Below, piece after piece: positions 46,396-55,833 of a stretch of 64,000 nt of DNA. The notes beneath the pieces are model-generated. The model was given only the letters and a program-made list of their open reading frames with translations. It made no database searches and was not told the DNA's origin. The stretch is from an uncultured Gemmatimonadaceae bacterium (GTDB taxonomy: Bacteria > Gemmatimonadota > Gemmatimonadetes > Gemmatimonadales > GWC2-71-9). Every line of letters starts with the position of its first letter. The stretch's first letter is position 1. Location of the stretch: the NCBI GenBank assembly GCA_964557115.1, contig CAZKYO010000003.1:64438-128437 (forward strand), written 5' to 3'. Made by a program: the position numbers and the translations under genes.

Positions 46396-47547
46396 TCACT
46401 TGAAGCGCAGCAGTGCCGCCAGGCCGTCGATCCCGGCCCGCGCGTCCTCGTCGTACACCACGTCGAGCGCGACCCGCTGGCGGAGCGCCTCCTCGATCGC
46501 GTCGTCGATCACGTCCAGGGTGGCCACGACCTCGCCGTCGGTCTTGAGGTCCATCGCCGCGGCGGCCAGCCTACCGGTGGCCAGCGAGCGGAAGCCGCGC
46601 CGGCTGGCATCGCCGTCCACCAGCAGGGTGCGCACCTGCCCGTTGCCGAGCGCGCGCAGCGTGTCCTTGAGGCCGTTGACGGCCCAGCCGGTGCCGAGGC
46701 CCTCGGTGAGCTCCTCGAGGTGGCGGTGTTCCGAGGCGCGCGCATGCGCCTCGCGCACGTCCATCGTCAGCTCGTGCACGGCGTTCGGCGTCGCGTCCTT
46801 CGGCGTCATCCGCGCCACGCCGATCAGCCGGTCCGCCACGTAGTTGTGGAGGAACGGCTCCAGCGCGCTGGCATCGCTGCCGGCGCCCGCCAGCACGATC
46901 TGGTGCCCCGGCGAGCGGCGGTCCATCTCGAAGAGCGCCCGGGCCACCGCCTCGAGGTGCCGCTTCTTCTCGTTCTGGATCCGGTTCTGGTAGGTGTGCT
47001 CGCCGGTCAGGTTGCTGCGCGCCTCGGCGTGGAAGCGGCCGCCACGGGTCACCTCGGTCTCGACCTTGCGGACCATCTTCGCCTCGAACGCGGTGACCTC
47101 CCAGATCAGCGCGGTGGCGCGGTCGAGCACCACCGTGAACATCCGCCCGAACTCCTCCTCGCTGGCGGCGAGCTCGCGCACCAGCGGGGTGCGATCGACC
47201 ACCAGGCGCGAGCGGTGCACCCGCGGCAGCGGCCGCACCTCGAACAGCTTCTGGCCCTTCGAGGCGAAGATCGCCACGCCCTGCGACGACGGCAGCCGGT
47301 CGGCGTCGCCGAGCCAGGTGAGGATCCGCTTGAAGTCGTCCTTGATCTGGGTCTCGTGCTTCTTGTCCCACCCGAGCGACGGCAGGGCGTACTCCATCTC
47401 CTTGACGCGATTCTTGGCCTTGGTGAGGTACTTCCGCCGGGCGCGGTCGCGCGGCTCGATCTTGAGGTAGCAGGTGACGACCGGATCGTCCCCCGGCTTC
47501 ATGCCGAGGAGCTGGCGGTCGGTGGCGGCGGTGCGTGCGGCAGGCAT
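46396..47547 (-). CDS. bacterial eRF1/Pelota/Vms1-like (baeRF1 superfamily) protein
   Basis: 383 aa. The layout matches my memory of bacterial 'Vms1/Ankzf1-family / eRF1-like' proteins. N-terminal [12 protein letters not shown], central TRGGRFHAE...[14 protein letters not shown]-terminal [24 protein letters not shown], terminal AALLRFK. Confidence 0.65.
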   Translation of the reverse strand: MPAARTAATDRQLLGMKPGDDPVVTCYLKIEPRDRARRKYLTKAKNRVKEMEYALPSLGWDKKHETQIKDDFKRILTWLGDADRLPSSQGVAIFASKGQKLFEVRPLPRVHRSRLVVDRTPLVRELAASEEEFGRMFTVVLDRATALIWEVTAFEAKMVRKVETEVTRGGRFHAEARSNLTGEHTYQNRIQNEKKRHLEAVARALFEMDRRSPGHQIVLAGAGSDASALEPFLHNYVADRLIGVARMTPKDATPNAVHELTMDVREAHARASEHRHLEELTEGLGTGWAVNGLKDTLRALGNGQVRTLLVDGDASRRGFRSLATGRLAAAAMDLKTDGEVVATLDVIDDAIEEALRQRVALDVVYDEDARAGIDGLAALLRFK

Positions 47548-47568
47548 GAGACGATTCCCTCGTGCGTG

Positions 47569-49263
47569 CTAGAAGAAGATTGGCTCGCGGTACGATCCCC
47601 AGACCTCCTCGAGGACGTGCCGGATCTCGTACAGCGTGCAATAGGCGCGGGCGCAGTCGAGCATCGCGGGGATGACGTTGCGACCCGCCTCGGCGTCGGC
47701 GCGCAGGGTCGCCAGGCGCCCGGTGACCAGCGCGTCGTCGCGCCGGTCGCGGAGGGCCGCCATCCGCTCGCGCTGGGCGCGCTCGGCGGCCTCCTCCACC
47801 TTCAGGATCTCGATCGGCTCCTCGCTGTCCTCGACGAACGCGTTGACGCCGACCACCAGCTTGCGGCCCGCCTCGACCTCGGCCTGGAAGCGCGAGGCGG
47901 CCCCCGCGATCTCGCGCTGGAACCAGCCGGCCTCGATCGAGGGCACCACGCCGCCCTGCTCCTCCACCCGGGCGAAGATCGCCTCCGCCTCGGCCTCCAG
48001 CTGGTCGGTGAGCGCCTCGACATACCACGAGCCGCCCAGCGGGTCGGCGACGTTGGCGACGCCGGTCTCGTGGGCGAGGATCTGCTGGGTGCGGAGCGCC
48101 ACCCGCACCGACGTCTCGGTCGGCAGCGCCAGCGTCTCGTCGAGCGCGTTGGTGTGCAGCGACTGGGTGCCGCCCAGCACCGCGGCCATCGCCTGGTAGG
48201 CCACCCGGGCGACGTTGTTGAGCGGCTGCTGCGCGGTGAGCGACACCCCCGCCGTCTGGCAGTGGAAGCGCATCTTGAGCGACCGCTCGTCCCTGGCGCC
48301 GTAGCGCTCCTTGAGGTGGCGCGCCCAGATCCGCCGCGCCGCCCGCATCTTCGCGATCTCCTCGAAGAAGTCGTTGTGCACGTCCCAGAAGAACGAGAGC
48401 CTCGGCGCGAAGTCGTCCACGTCGAGGCCCCTGGCGATGCCGCGCTCCACGTAGGTGAAGCCGTTGAGGAGCGTGAAGGCGAGCTCCTGCACCGCGGTCG
48501 CGCCGGCCTCGCGGATGTGGTAGCCCGAGATCGAGATCGTGTTCCACTTGGGGGTGTGCTCCCCAGCCCACTCGAACATGTCCACGATCAACCGCAGCGA
48601 CGGCTCCACCGGGAAGATCCAGGCGTGCTGGGCGACGAACTCCTTCAGGATGTCGTTCTGGATCGTCCCCTGCAGCTTCGCGATCGGCACGCCCTGCTTC
48701 TCGGCCGCGGCGACGAAGAAGCAGAAGAGCATCGCGGCCGGCCCGTTGATCGTCATCGAGACCGACACCTGGTCGAGCGGGATGCCGTCGAACAGCGTCT
48801 CCATGTCGGCCAGCGACGCGATCGCGACGCCGCACTTGCCGACCTCGCCCTCGGAGCGCGGATGGTCGCTGTCGTAGCCCATCAGCGTCGGGAAGTCGAA
48901 CGCGACGCTGAGCCCGGTCTGGCCGCGCTCCAGCAGGAACTTGTAGCGCTTGTTGGTGTCCTCGGCGGTCCCGAAGCCGGCGAACTGCCGCATCGTCCAG
49001 AGCCGGCCGCGATACATCGTGGGGTGGATGCCGCGCGTGAACGGGTAGTCGCCCGGCATCTCGGGCGCGCCCGCGGCGTCCGCGGCGGTGTAGACCGGCT
49101 CCAGGTCGCGACCCGAGAGCGAGGTGAAGTCGCTGTCATCGCGATGCGGCAGGCGCGCCATGCGGGCGCGCCACTCGGCGACCTCGCGGCGCAGCTGGGC
49201 GAGTTCCGCCTCGCGGGCCGCGAGGCGGTCCTCCAGCAGGTCGCGATCGGTGATGGAGCTCAT
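47569..49263 (-). CDS. methylmalonyl-CoA mutase family, large catalytic (TIM-barrel) subunit
   Basis: 564 aa. [43 protein letters not shown]. It lacks the B12 domain, which is encoded separately. Confidence 0.95.
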   Translation of the reverse strand: MSSITDRDLLEDRLAAREAELAQLRREVAEWRARMARLPHRDDSDFTSLSGRDLEPVYTAADAAGAPEMPGDYPFTRGIHPTMYRGRLWTMRQFAGFGTAEDTNKRYKFLLERGQTGLSVAFDFPTLMGYDSDHPRSEGEVGKCGVAIASLADMETLFDGIPLDQVSVSMTINGPAAMLFCFFVAAAEKQGVPIAKLQGTIQNDILKEFVAQHAWIFPVEPSLRLIVDMFEWAGEHTPKWNTISISGYHIREAGATAVQELAFTLLNGFTYVERGIARGLDVDDFAPRLSFFWDVHNDFFEEIAKMRAARRIWARHLKERYGARDERSLKMRFHCQTAGVSLTAQQPLNNVARVAYQAMAAVLGGTQSLHTNALDETLALPTETSVRVALRTQQILAHETGVANVADPLGGSWYVEALTDQLEAEAEAIFARVEEQGGVVPSIEAGWFQREIAGAASRFQAEVEAGRKLVVGVNAFVEDSEEPIEILKVEEAAERAQRERMAALRDRRDDALVTGRLATLRADAEAGRNVIPAMLDCARAYCTLYEIRHVLEEVWGSYREPIFF

Positions 49264-50288
49264 ACCGGGGTCTCCTCCCGAAGCATCGCCACCACCTCGG
49301 CGGCAACATCGTAGGGTGAGGTGCTGCCGTCCGCGATCCGGTCCAGTCGCGCGGCGACCAGCGCCTGCACCGGACCGTCACTCCACATCCAGCGATCCAC
49401 CGCCCGGCTCACCACGGCGCGGGTCCGCTCCAGCAGCCGGGCCCGCCGCCGTTCCGCCAGGGCACCGCTCGCCGAGGTAAGGTCCCAGTGGCGGTCGAGT
49501 GCCTCGAGGATCGCGTCGATTCCTTCGTCCTTCAGCGCGATCGCCTCGAGCACCGGCGGGCGCCAACCCTCCGGCGGCTCCGCCGCCGCCTTGGCCGCAC
49601 CCTTCAGCGCGCCGTGGTGCGCCGGGATGTTGCGGAGCGCCTTGCCCGCGCGAAGGTCAAGCGCCAGCTCGATCTCGCGTCGCATCTTCGGCGCGCCCGG
49701 CCGGTCCGCCTTGTTGACGACGAAGCAGTCCGCCGCCTCCATCACACCCGACTTGAGCGCCTGGATCCCGTCGCCGGATTCGGGCACCAGCACCAGCACG
49801 GTCGAGTCGGTCATCCGCGCCACGTCGAGCTCCGACTGCCCGACGCCGACGGTCTCCACCAGGATTCGGTCGAAGCCCGCCGCGTCGAGGACGTCGGCCA
49901 CCTCGCGGGTCGCCGTGGCCAGGCCACCCAGCGAGCCGCGCGTCGCCATCGACCGGATATACACCCCGGGGTCGAGGGCGACCTTCTCCATCCGGATCCG
50001 GTCGCCCAGCAGCGCACCACCGGTGAACGGCGAGGTGGGATCGACCGCCACGACGGCGACCTTGAGCCCGGCCTTCCGCCACCCGGCCACCAGCCGCTCG
50101 CTCAGGGTGGACTTCCCCGCCCCGGGCGGCCCGGTGATCCCGATCCGGCGCGCCCGCCCGAGCCGGGGATGGATGGCGCTGAGCAGCGCCTCGAACCCCG
50201 GCCGGGCGTTCTCCACCAGGGAGACGGCACGGGCGACCGCCGGCACGGAGCCGACGATGAGCCCATCGAGAACAGGGTCCGAGGCCAT
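49260..50288 (-). CDS. meaB: methylmalonyl-CoA mutase-associated G3E GTPase MeaB/ArgK
   Basis: 342 aa. P-loop [29 protein letters not shown] overlap with the mutase start. Confidence 0.9.
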   Translation of the reverse strand: MASDPVLDGLIVGSVPAVARAVSLVENARPGFEALLSAIHPRLGRARRIGITGPPGAGKSTLSERLVAGWRKAGLKVAVVAVDPTSPFTGGALLGDRIRMEKVALDPGVYIRSMATRGSLGGLATATREVADVLDAAGFDRILVETVGVGQSELDVARMTDSTVLVLVPESGDGIQALKSGVMEAADCFVVNKADRPGAPKMRREIELALDLRAGKALRNIPAHHGALKGAAKAAAEPPEGWRPPVLEAIALKDEGIDAILEALDRHWDLTSASGALAERRRARLLERTRAVVSRAVDRWMWSDGPVQALVAARLDRIADGSTSPYDVAAEVVAMLREETPV

Positions 50289-50292
50289 GGGA

Positions 50293-50300
50293 TAAAGCTA
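50293..50300 (-). promoter_or_regulatory. TAGCTTTA (TAnnTTT-type motif) 4 nt upstream of the meaB ATG; possible leaderless-transcript promoter
   Basis: Minus strand: aatTAGCTTTAtcc-ATG. It shares the TAnnTTT core seen upstream of rplU, secG and the lipoprotein gene. Confidence 0.25.
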
Positions 50301-50398
50301 ATTGCTGACGTCGCTTAGCGGAGGCGCCGGCTGCCTCCCCAGGGGGCCCTGACGGACCGATCGCCGTTGTCGCGATATTCCGGCCGACTCCGCATCCA

Positions 50399-51295
50399 GT
50401 GATGCCGGACGTTCCGCCGGCACCGGAGGCCGACCCCGTGATCCGCACGACCATCCTGGCCACGACAACCGAGCTCTCGGTGGGCCGGTTCGACCATCCG
50501 CCCGGCGAGCCGCACCACGACCCCGACCTCGAACATGGCGCGGGATGGGGCATCGCCTTTGTCCGGGCCGGACGGTTCGATGTCTCGGTTAGGGGGGACC
50601 GGCTGCAGCTGGAACCGGGCAGCGTGCTCCTCAGCCACCCCGGACTGGCGTTCCGCTGCCATCACCACGAGCGCTGTCCCGATGATGTCTGCCTGGCGAT
50701 CGAGTTCGACGAGGCAGCCGTGGCGGGCCTCGAGGATGCCTGGACGCGAAGCGGCCGGAACGCGCGGGTGCACGCGTCGCCTCGCCTTGCGCTGGCGCAG
50801 CACCGGCTCGCCCGGGCGGCCGCCGCACGCGACGCCTTCAACCTCGAGCGGTGGGCGCTGGCCGCACTCGACGCCCTCGTGAGCGAAGGGGCCGTCACCG
50901 GAAGGCGGGGGCCCTACGCCCGCTCTCCCCGGGACCTCGAGGCGGTGCTCGTCACCTGTCGGGCGATCGAGGCGGATCCCGCGGCACAGATCCGCATTGC
51001 CGATCGTGCCCGGCAGGTCGGCATGACCGCGGCGCGGCTCACCCATGCGTTCCGGCGCTACCTGGGTGCGTCACCCCACCAGTTCGTTCTCGCCCAGCGC
51101 CTGGCCTTCGCCGCGCGCCGTCTGCAGGGTGGTGCCTCCGTCAGTGCCACGTCGCTCGACTCGGGGTTCGACAACCTCAGCCATTTCTGCCGCACCTTCC
51201 AGCGTGCCCTCGGCGCGCGGCCCTCGGCATGGCGCAGACTTCCCGCCGGCGAATCCCGACGAAAAGTGCAATCGCTGCTGCGAGGTGCCCGGTAG
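50399..51295 (+). CDS. AraC-family transcriptional regulator
   Basis: 298 aa. C-terminal double HTH (IADRARQVGMTAARLTHAFRRYLGASPHQF...SGFDNLSHFCRTFQRALGARP). Divergent from meaB. Confidence 0.85.
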   Translation: MMPDVPPAPEADPVIRTTILATTTELSVGRFDHPPGEPHHDPDLEHGAGWGIAFVRAGRFDVSVRGDRLQLEPGSVLLSHPGLAFRCHHHERCPDDVCLAIEFDEAAVAGLEDAWTRSGRNARVHASPRLALAQHRLARAAAARDAFNLERWALAALDALVSEGAVTGRRGPYARSPRDLEAVLVTCRAIEADPAAQIRIADRARQVGMTAARLTHAFRRYLGASPHQFVLAQRLAFAARRLQGGASVSATSLDSGFDNLSHFCRTFQRALGARPSAWRRLPAGESRRKVQSLLRGAR

Positions 51296-51323
51296 CCTTC
51301 CGCCAACCTCAACGGAGCTGCCG

Positions 51324-51797
51324 ATGCACGTCCCCTTGCTTGCCCTTGCGATGACCGCCCTCGCCCTGCCGCTCACCGCCCAATCGGCGCCGCGCGCCAC
51401 GACGACGCTCCCGGCGGCCGAATTCGAGAAGTTGCAGCGGCTGCGGGAGGACGTCTGGCTGGCGTGGTTCTCTGGCAATCTCCCCCGTCTCCGCGAACTG
51501 CTCGGCCCGGAACTCGTCGCCGTCTCGCCCGACTCGGAACGATGGCAGTCGCTGGAGGAGACCCTCTCCGGCTCGGCGGCCTTCCGGGAACGCGGCAACC
51601 GTCTCCAGACACTCTCTTTCGAGCACACCATCACGCATCAGTTCGATCGTGTCGTGGTGATGTTCTCGCAGTACGCCCTTGAATGGTCAGACGCCGTCGG
51701 CGCACGGACGACCCAGCGCGGCCGGGCGACGGAGGTGTTCGTCCGGGTCGGCTCGCGCTGGGTCCACACGTCGTGGCATCTCGACGTGCCGGGCTGA
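51324..51797 (+). CDS. secreted NTF2-like (SnoaL/DUF4440-type) protein
   Basis: 157 aa from ATG 51324. Signal MHVPLLALAMTALALPLTAQ. C-terminal RATEVFVRVGSRWVHTSWH, typical of NTF2-like folds. The track ORF from 51045 is over-extended. Confidence 0.6.
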   Translation: MHVPLLALAMTALALPLTAQSAPRATTTLPAAEFEKLQRLREDVWLAWFSGNLPRLRELLGPELVAVSPDSERWQSLEETLSGSAAFRERGNRLQTLSFEHTITHQFDRVVVMFSQYALEWSDAVGARTTQRGRATEVFVRVGSRWVHTSWHLDVPG

Positions 51798-51803
51798 GTC
51801 GTT

Positions 51804-53075
51804 CTACTCGACGCCGCCCGCCTCCTCGATCAGCCGGAGGGCGGGTTCGCTCACGAAGATCGGGTCGTGGAACCGCCGCCCATAGGACAGCGGGGTCACG
51901 TCGCGGTAGTCGCGTCGGATCGGCTCGCCGTGCCCCGGATGGAGCCGCTTCCAGATCGAGGCGCGGAGGTTCGGATCGGCCCCGCGTTCCAGCAGCAGCC
52001 GGGTGACCGGCGCCTCGAACGGTCCCCGGCGATTGTAGTTCATCCAGAAGTTCGGCTGCGAGACGACGGTGCTGAAGAGCGGCGTGTAGCCGCCGAAGCC
52101 ACTCGATCCGACCCTGGCTCGGGCGTTCACGTCGGCGCCCTTCGCGAGCAGCCACTCGAGGATCTCCGGCTCGTCGAACTCGATCGCCATGTGGAGCAGC
52201 GTGGTGCCGTCGAGCGGCGTGCCGACCGTGGCGTCCAGCGGGTCCCCGCACCCCATCTCCGCCGGATAGATCTCCCGGTGGCTGAAGGTGCGCGACAACA
52301 GGTGCGGATCCGCCGCGAGATGACGTTCGAGCAAATCGATCCGGCCACGATGCAACGCCATCGGGGCAGTGTCGGGGTACTCGAGCCCGTGTTGCTCGTA
52401 CAAGGCAAGGATGCCGTGCTTCGCCTCGCGACGACGCGAGTCGGTCTGGAGCACCACGTCCACCGGGGCGAGTCGTCGTCCCGCATCGTCCACCGCGCGG
52501 GCGCCGAGCTCGAGCATCACCGCCGTGCCGGCGAGGTTGAGCGTGTAGGCCGGGCCGCCGAGGGCACCCTCCGGCACCGGTGGCCTGCCGACCAGGCCAT
52601 GCAGCAGGTGGACGGTGCCTACCTTCCCCTGCAACGCCGCGCGACCGATCGCGTGCTCGTGGTCGGTCGCGCCGATGTCGTGGAGCCAGCGGATGATCCG
52701 GTCGCGGCCGACGTTTGCGGCATAGCTCATCGGCGGACCCCAGTTGCTGTCGGTCCGGATCAGGACGTGCTCGTCGCGGAGGCGCGGGTTGCGGGTGAGG
52801 AGCGCCTGCACGCGTTCGAGGTCGTCGGCCCAGATCGCGTGGACCAGTTCGACCGCCTCGACCAGGCGGGGCCAGCCCGTGGCCTGGTACTTCCTCGCGA
52901 TGACGAGCTGCGCGTCGGCGAGCTGGGCCGCCTCGGGGCCGGGAGGCCGGGGATGAAACTCCGCGAACTCGGCAGCGGCCGCCGCTTCGCCGCGGCGAAG
53001 GTCGCGCAGCAGTTCCTTCGCCTGGCGGCGAAGTTGGTCGAGATCGGGATAGACGGGGAGCTTGGCGACGGGCAT
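51804..53075 (-). CDS. ankyrin-repeat protein
   Basis: 423 aa from ATG 53075, with GGAGG 6 nt upstream. Helical N-terminal domain (PDLDQLRRQAKELLRDLRRGE...LADAQLVIARKY), then several ANK-like repeats (G.TLLHMAIEFDEPEILEWLLAKGADVNAR). Confidence 0.75.
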   Translation of the reverse strand: MPVAKLPVYPDLDQLRRQAKELLRDLRRGEAAAAAEFAEFHPRPPGPEAAQLADAQLVIARKYQATGWPRLVEAVELVHAIWADDLERVQALLTRNPRLRDEHVLIRTDSNWGPPMSYAANVGRDRIIRWLHDIGATDHEHAIGRAALQGKVGTVHLLHGLVGRPPVPEGALGGPAYTLNLAGTAVMLELGARAVDDAGRRLAPVDVVLQTDSRRREAKHGILALYEQHGLEYPDTAPMALHRGRIDLLERHLAADPHLLSRTFSHREIYPAEMGCGDPLDATVGTPLDGTTLLHMAIEFDEPEILEWLLAKGADVNARARVGSSGFGGYTPLFSTVVSQPNFWMNYNRRGPFEAPVTRLLLERGADPNLRASIWKRLHPGHGEPIRRDYRDVTPLSYGRRFHDPIFVSEPALRLIEEAGGVE

Positions 53076-53194
53076 GACGAGCCTCCAGGAATCGTCCCGA
53101 GGTCCGCGAGCGCCGGGCAAGGAGGTTCGTGTTGTGTGCTGCTGGGGCACTGCACAGGTGGACGCAGTCCTGCCCGCGGACGGGGGGCGCCCTG

Positions 53195-53223
53195 CGCGCC
53201 CGTACCATGACGATACGGGCGCG
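53195..53223 (-). terminator. GC hairpin downstream of the CsgG-like gene
   Basis: 10-bp stem cgcgcccgta / tacgggcgcg with a 9-nt loop, 28 nt after the stop at 53251. No U-tract. Confidence 0.3.
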
Positions 53224-53250
53224 TGGCGCGGCGGGCAATGGCGGGAGCGA

Positions 53251-54207
53251 CTACTTCTTGACCAGCACCTTCTTGACCCAGCCGTCGCCGCCGGACCCCT
53301 GGACGTTGACGTAGCCGTCCTGCTCCTTGCCGAGGTAGATCAGCTGCTCGCTGGCCCCGAGGGTGGCGACCACCTTGGCGCCGTCCTTCGGCTCGGCCAG
53401 CAGCTTCACGTTGCCGATCTTGGTTGTCACCACGTCGCCCTCGGCGAACGCGCCGGCCACCACCTGGTCGCCCTCGAGCCCCTCGGGCTTGAAGCGCTCG
53501 GCACGCGCCATCATCCGCGCATCGGCCTTGAGGGCCGTGACGACGTTGTTGTAGTTGTCGAGGTAGCTCATCGCGATGACCTTCCCCTCGGCGGTGTTGC
53601 TGTAGCCGCCGCCGGCCACCGCGCCGCCACCCATCCACGCGAAGCCGCCGACCGCGAAGTCGGTCTTCTTGGCCTTCCCCTCCGCCGCCGCGACCTGGAT
53701 GGAGGTGCGCGCGTCGGCCACCAGCATGCTCGTCTGCGCCTCCTTGAACTTGAGGCCGCCCGCCACGGCACCGACCCGTCGGCCGAGGAGGCCGCCCACC
53801 GCGCCGCCGACGCCACCGGCGTTCGGATTGTCGAAGACGACGGCGGGGGTGAGGATGAAGTCGGCCGCCTTCATCTGCCCCTTCCCCATGTTCTCGCCTT
53901 CCTGCATCTCGCCCGAGCCGGCCAGGGCGCGCTCCTGCATCATGTTCTGCATCGCGACGCCGCGCTCGACCACGAGGAAGCAGTTGGACTGCTGCACCAT
54001 CATCCGGATGATCCCGGACGGCGAGCCGAGGCCGTAGCGCTGGAACGCGGCCATGTACTGCTGCTGCGGCTCGACGACGGCAAGGGTGCCGATCGGCTTG
54101 TCGCACTTCTGGACCTGGTCCTTGTCCTTGTCCTGGGCAGCCAGCGGCGCGGCGGCGCCGAGCGCCAGGATGCCGACGAGGACCCGGGTCGGGGCGGGAA
54201 TGGGCAT
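53251..54207 (-). CDS. CsgG/HfaB-family periplasmic/OM protein fused to a C-terminal SH3-like domain
   Basis: 318 aa from ATG 54207. Signal MPIPAPTRVLVGILALGAAAPLAAQ. CsgG-like pattern (GTLAVVEP...CFLVVERG...MQERAL...ADFILTPAVV...GGVGG). C-terminus GDVVTTKIGNVKLLAEPKDGAKVVATLGASEQLIYLGKEQDGYVNVQ...GWV is SH3b-like. Confidence 0.6.
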   Translation of the reverse strand: MPIPAPTRVLVGILALGAAAPLAAQDKDKDQVQKCDKPIGTLAVVEPQQQYMAAFQRYGLGSPSGIIRMMVQQSNCFLVVERGVAMQNMMQERALAGSGEMQEGENMGKGQMKAADFILTPAVVFDNPNAGGVGGAVGGLLGRRVGAVAGGLKFKEAQTSMLVADARTSIQVAAAEGKAKKTDFAVGGFAWMGGGAVAGGGYSNTAEGKVIAMSYLDNYNNVVTALKADARMMARAERFKPEGLEGDQVVAGAFAEGDVVTTKIGNVKLLAEPKDGAKVVATLGASEQLIYLGKEQDGYVNVQGSGGDGWVKKVLVKK

Positions 54208-54296
54208 CGGGACTACCTCGAGTTCGGGGCGGGACCTGCGAATCGGGATGATGCTGTCGTTCGTCCCGACCTTGCGCAAGATCCCCCCCGGGGCCG

Positions 54297-55481
54297 TCAC
54301 CCGGCCGTGACGGGCGGCCCCGGTCGCGGATCGGGGCCGTGGGGCCGGAGGACGAGCTTTCCCGCCACGAGGCCGGCCATCGCCACGCCACTGACGAGGA
54401 CCGGCTCGCCGGTCCACGGCGCCCCGACCAGGACGAGGAGGGCGCCGAGCGTCAGTGCCGCGTTTCCGTCGTACCCGCCCGTCAGCAGGCTAAGGAGCCA
54501 GAGGGTGCTGAGGAAGACGGCGGCGGGATAGGCGACCAGCGCGCCGGCCAGCCACGACGAGACCGCCGCGTGATCGGTCGCCAGGTCGGCCGAGACTGCG
54601 ATCCCGGCACCGACCGCCGCCCCGGCGCAGAGGATGAAGATGTGGCCATATCCGAACCACCACGCCCCCGGGAGTCGGTCCAGCAGCGTCACCGGGGCGC
54701 CGTCGAAGTAGATCCACCACATCGCGAAGAGGACGAGGAGGCCCCCGGCGACCGTGGGGAGCAGGGCGAGGTCGAATCCGGTCGTGCTGGTGATCGCCTC
54801 GATGGCGAGCGAAGCCGACAGCACCGACTCGCCGAGGACGATGATGACGAAGAGGCCGTAGCGTTCGGCGATGTGCCCCGGGTGCCAGGGCGTCCCGCCG
54901 GCCCGCTCGGCGATCAGGGGCATGAGCATCTCCGCGCCCGCGAGGAGGAAGAAGACCGACATGCGCACCGTCTCGGGCATCCAGATCGTCGCGACCCAGA
55001 GCGACTGCAGGACCGTGATCCCGACCACATAGCGCAGCGCCGTGGCGCGATGCCCCGGATCCTGGTGCGACACGCGGAGCCACTGGCCGATCAGGGCCAC
55101 CCGCATGATCACGTAGCCGAACACCCCGACCGGGTACGCCTGGCCGACGAATCGCTCGCCCACCGCGGCGGCGAAGATCAGGGCGCCGACGAGCTGCAGG
55201 AACGCCAGCAGGCGATACGGGACGTCGTCGGTGTCGTATGCCGAGGCAAACCACGTGAAGTTCATCCACGCCCAGAAGATCCCGAAGAACGCCATCGCGA
55301 ACAGCAGCAGCCCGTCGGCGAGGTGGCCGGCCGACACGGCGTGATGCAACGCGGCCGCCGCGCGGGCGAGCGCGACGACGAAGACGAGGTCGAAGAACAG
55401 CTCCAGCGGAGTGGCGGCGCGGTGGGGCTCGGTCGGCGACCGCCCGGTCATCGGCAGGTGGAGCCGGCTCCGGAGTGCCAT
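54297..55481 (-). CDS. ltrA: low-temperature-requirement LtrA-family membrane protein
   Basis: 394 aa, about 10 TM. N-terminal signature ATPLELFFDLVFVVAL and WAWMNFTWFASAYDTDD. The start could be ATG 55451. Confidence 0.85.
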   Translation of the reverse strand: MALRSRLHLPMTGRSPTEPHRAATPLELFFDLVFVVALARAAAALHHAVSAGHLADGLLLFAMAFFGIFWAWMNFTWFASAYDTDDVPYRLLAFLQLVGALIFAAAVGERFVGQAYPVGVFGYVIMRVALIGQWLRVSHQDPGHRATALRYVVGITVLQSLWVATIWMPETVRMSVFFLLAGAEMLMPLIAERAGGTPWHPGHIAERYGLFVIIVLGESVLSASLAIEAITSTTGFDLALLPTVAGGLLVLFAMWWIYFDGAPVTLLDRLPGAWWFGYGHIFILCAGAAVGAGIAVSADLATDHAAVSSWLAGALVAYPAAVFLSTLWLLSLLTGGYDGNAALTLGALLVLVGAPWTGEPVLVSGVAMAGLVAGKLVLRPHGPDPRPGPPVTAG

Positions 55482-55490
55482 GGAGAGCGC

Positions 55491-55682
55491 CTACCCGACC
55501 CGGCCGTCGCCATCGAGGTCGGCGCCCAGATGGCGCTCGAGGCGGCTGATCACCTCGATCAGCACCTCGCGGGTCTGGCGAAGCTCGGTCTCGAGATAGT
55601 CCACGCGTGCCTCGAGTCCGTTGGCGCGCTGGTTGTGCTCGCTGAGCTGGTTCTGCTGGATGAGGTCCCAGAAGAGTCCCAC
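55491..55682 (-). CDS. small hypothetical coiled-coil protein (63 aa)
   Basis: GTG 55682: VGLFWDLIQQNQLSEHNQRANGLEARVDYLETELRQTREVLIEVISRLERHLGADLDGDGRVG. It ends 9 nt before ltrA, with GGGAG about 8 nt upstream. The remainder of track ORF 55491..56123 is antisense to the amidohydrolase gene. Confidence 0.35.
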   Translation of the reverse strand: MGLFWDLIQQNQLSEHNQRANGLEARVDYLETELRQTREVLIEVISRLERHLGADLDGDGRVG

Positions 55683-55833
55683 GGCATGCTCCCGATCGGA
55701 GGAAGGGATGAGGGTCCTGATCGGGAATCTACGGGAAACCGGGCGATCGGTTGCGGTCCCTCGCGCAATGCCCACGCCGGCGCTACCCTCAGGCGTTCCC
55801 CAAGTCCTCCCCTCCCCGCGCACCGAGTCGACC

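Noticed and set aside
50289-50398. A cobalamin riboswitch upstream of meaB and the mutase genes, and a Moco riboswitch upstream of moaA.
   Set aside because: The meaB/araC divergent gap is only 110 nt, and I see no B12-box-like sequence. moaA overlaps moaE, and the moa genes are internal to a polycistron, leaving no room for a leader.
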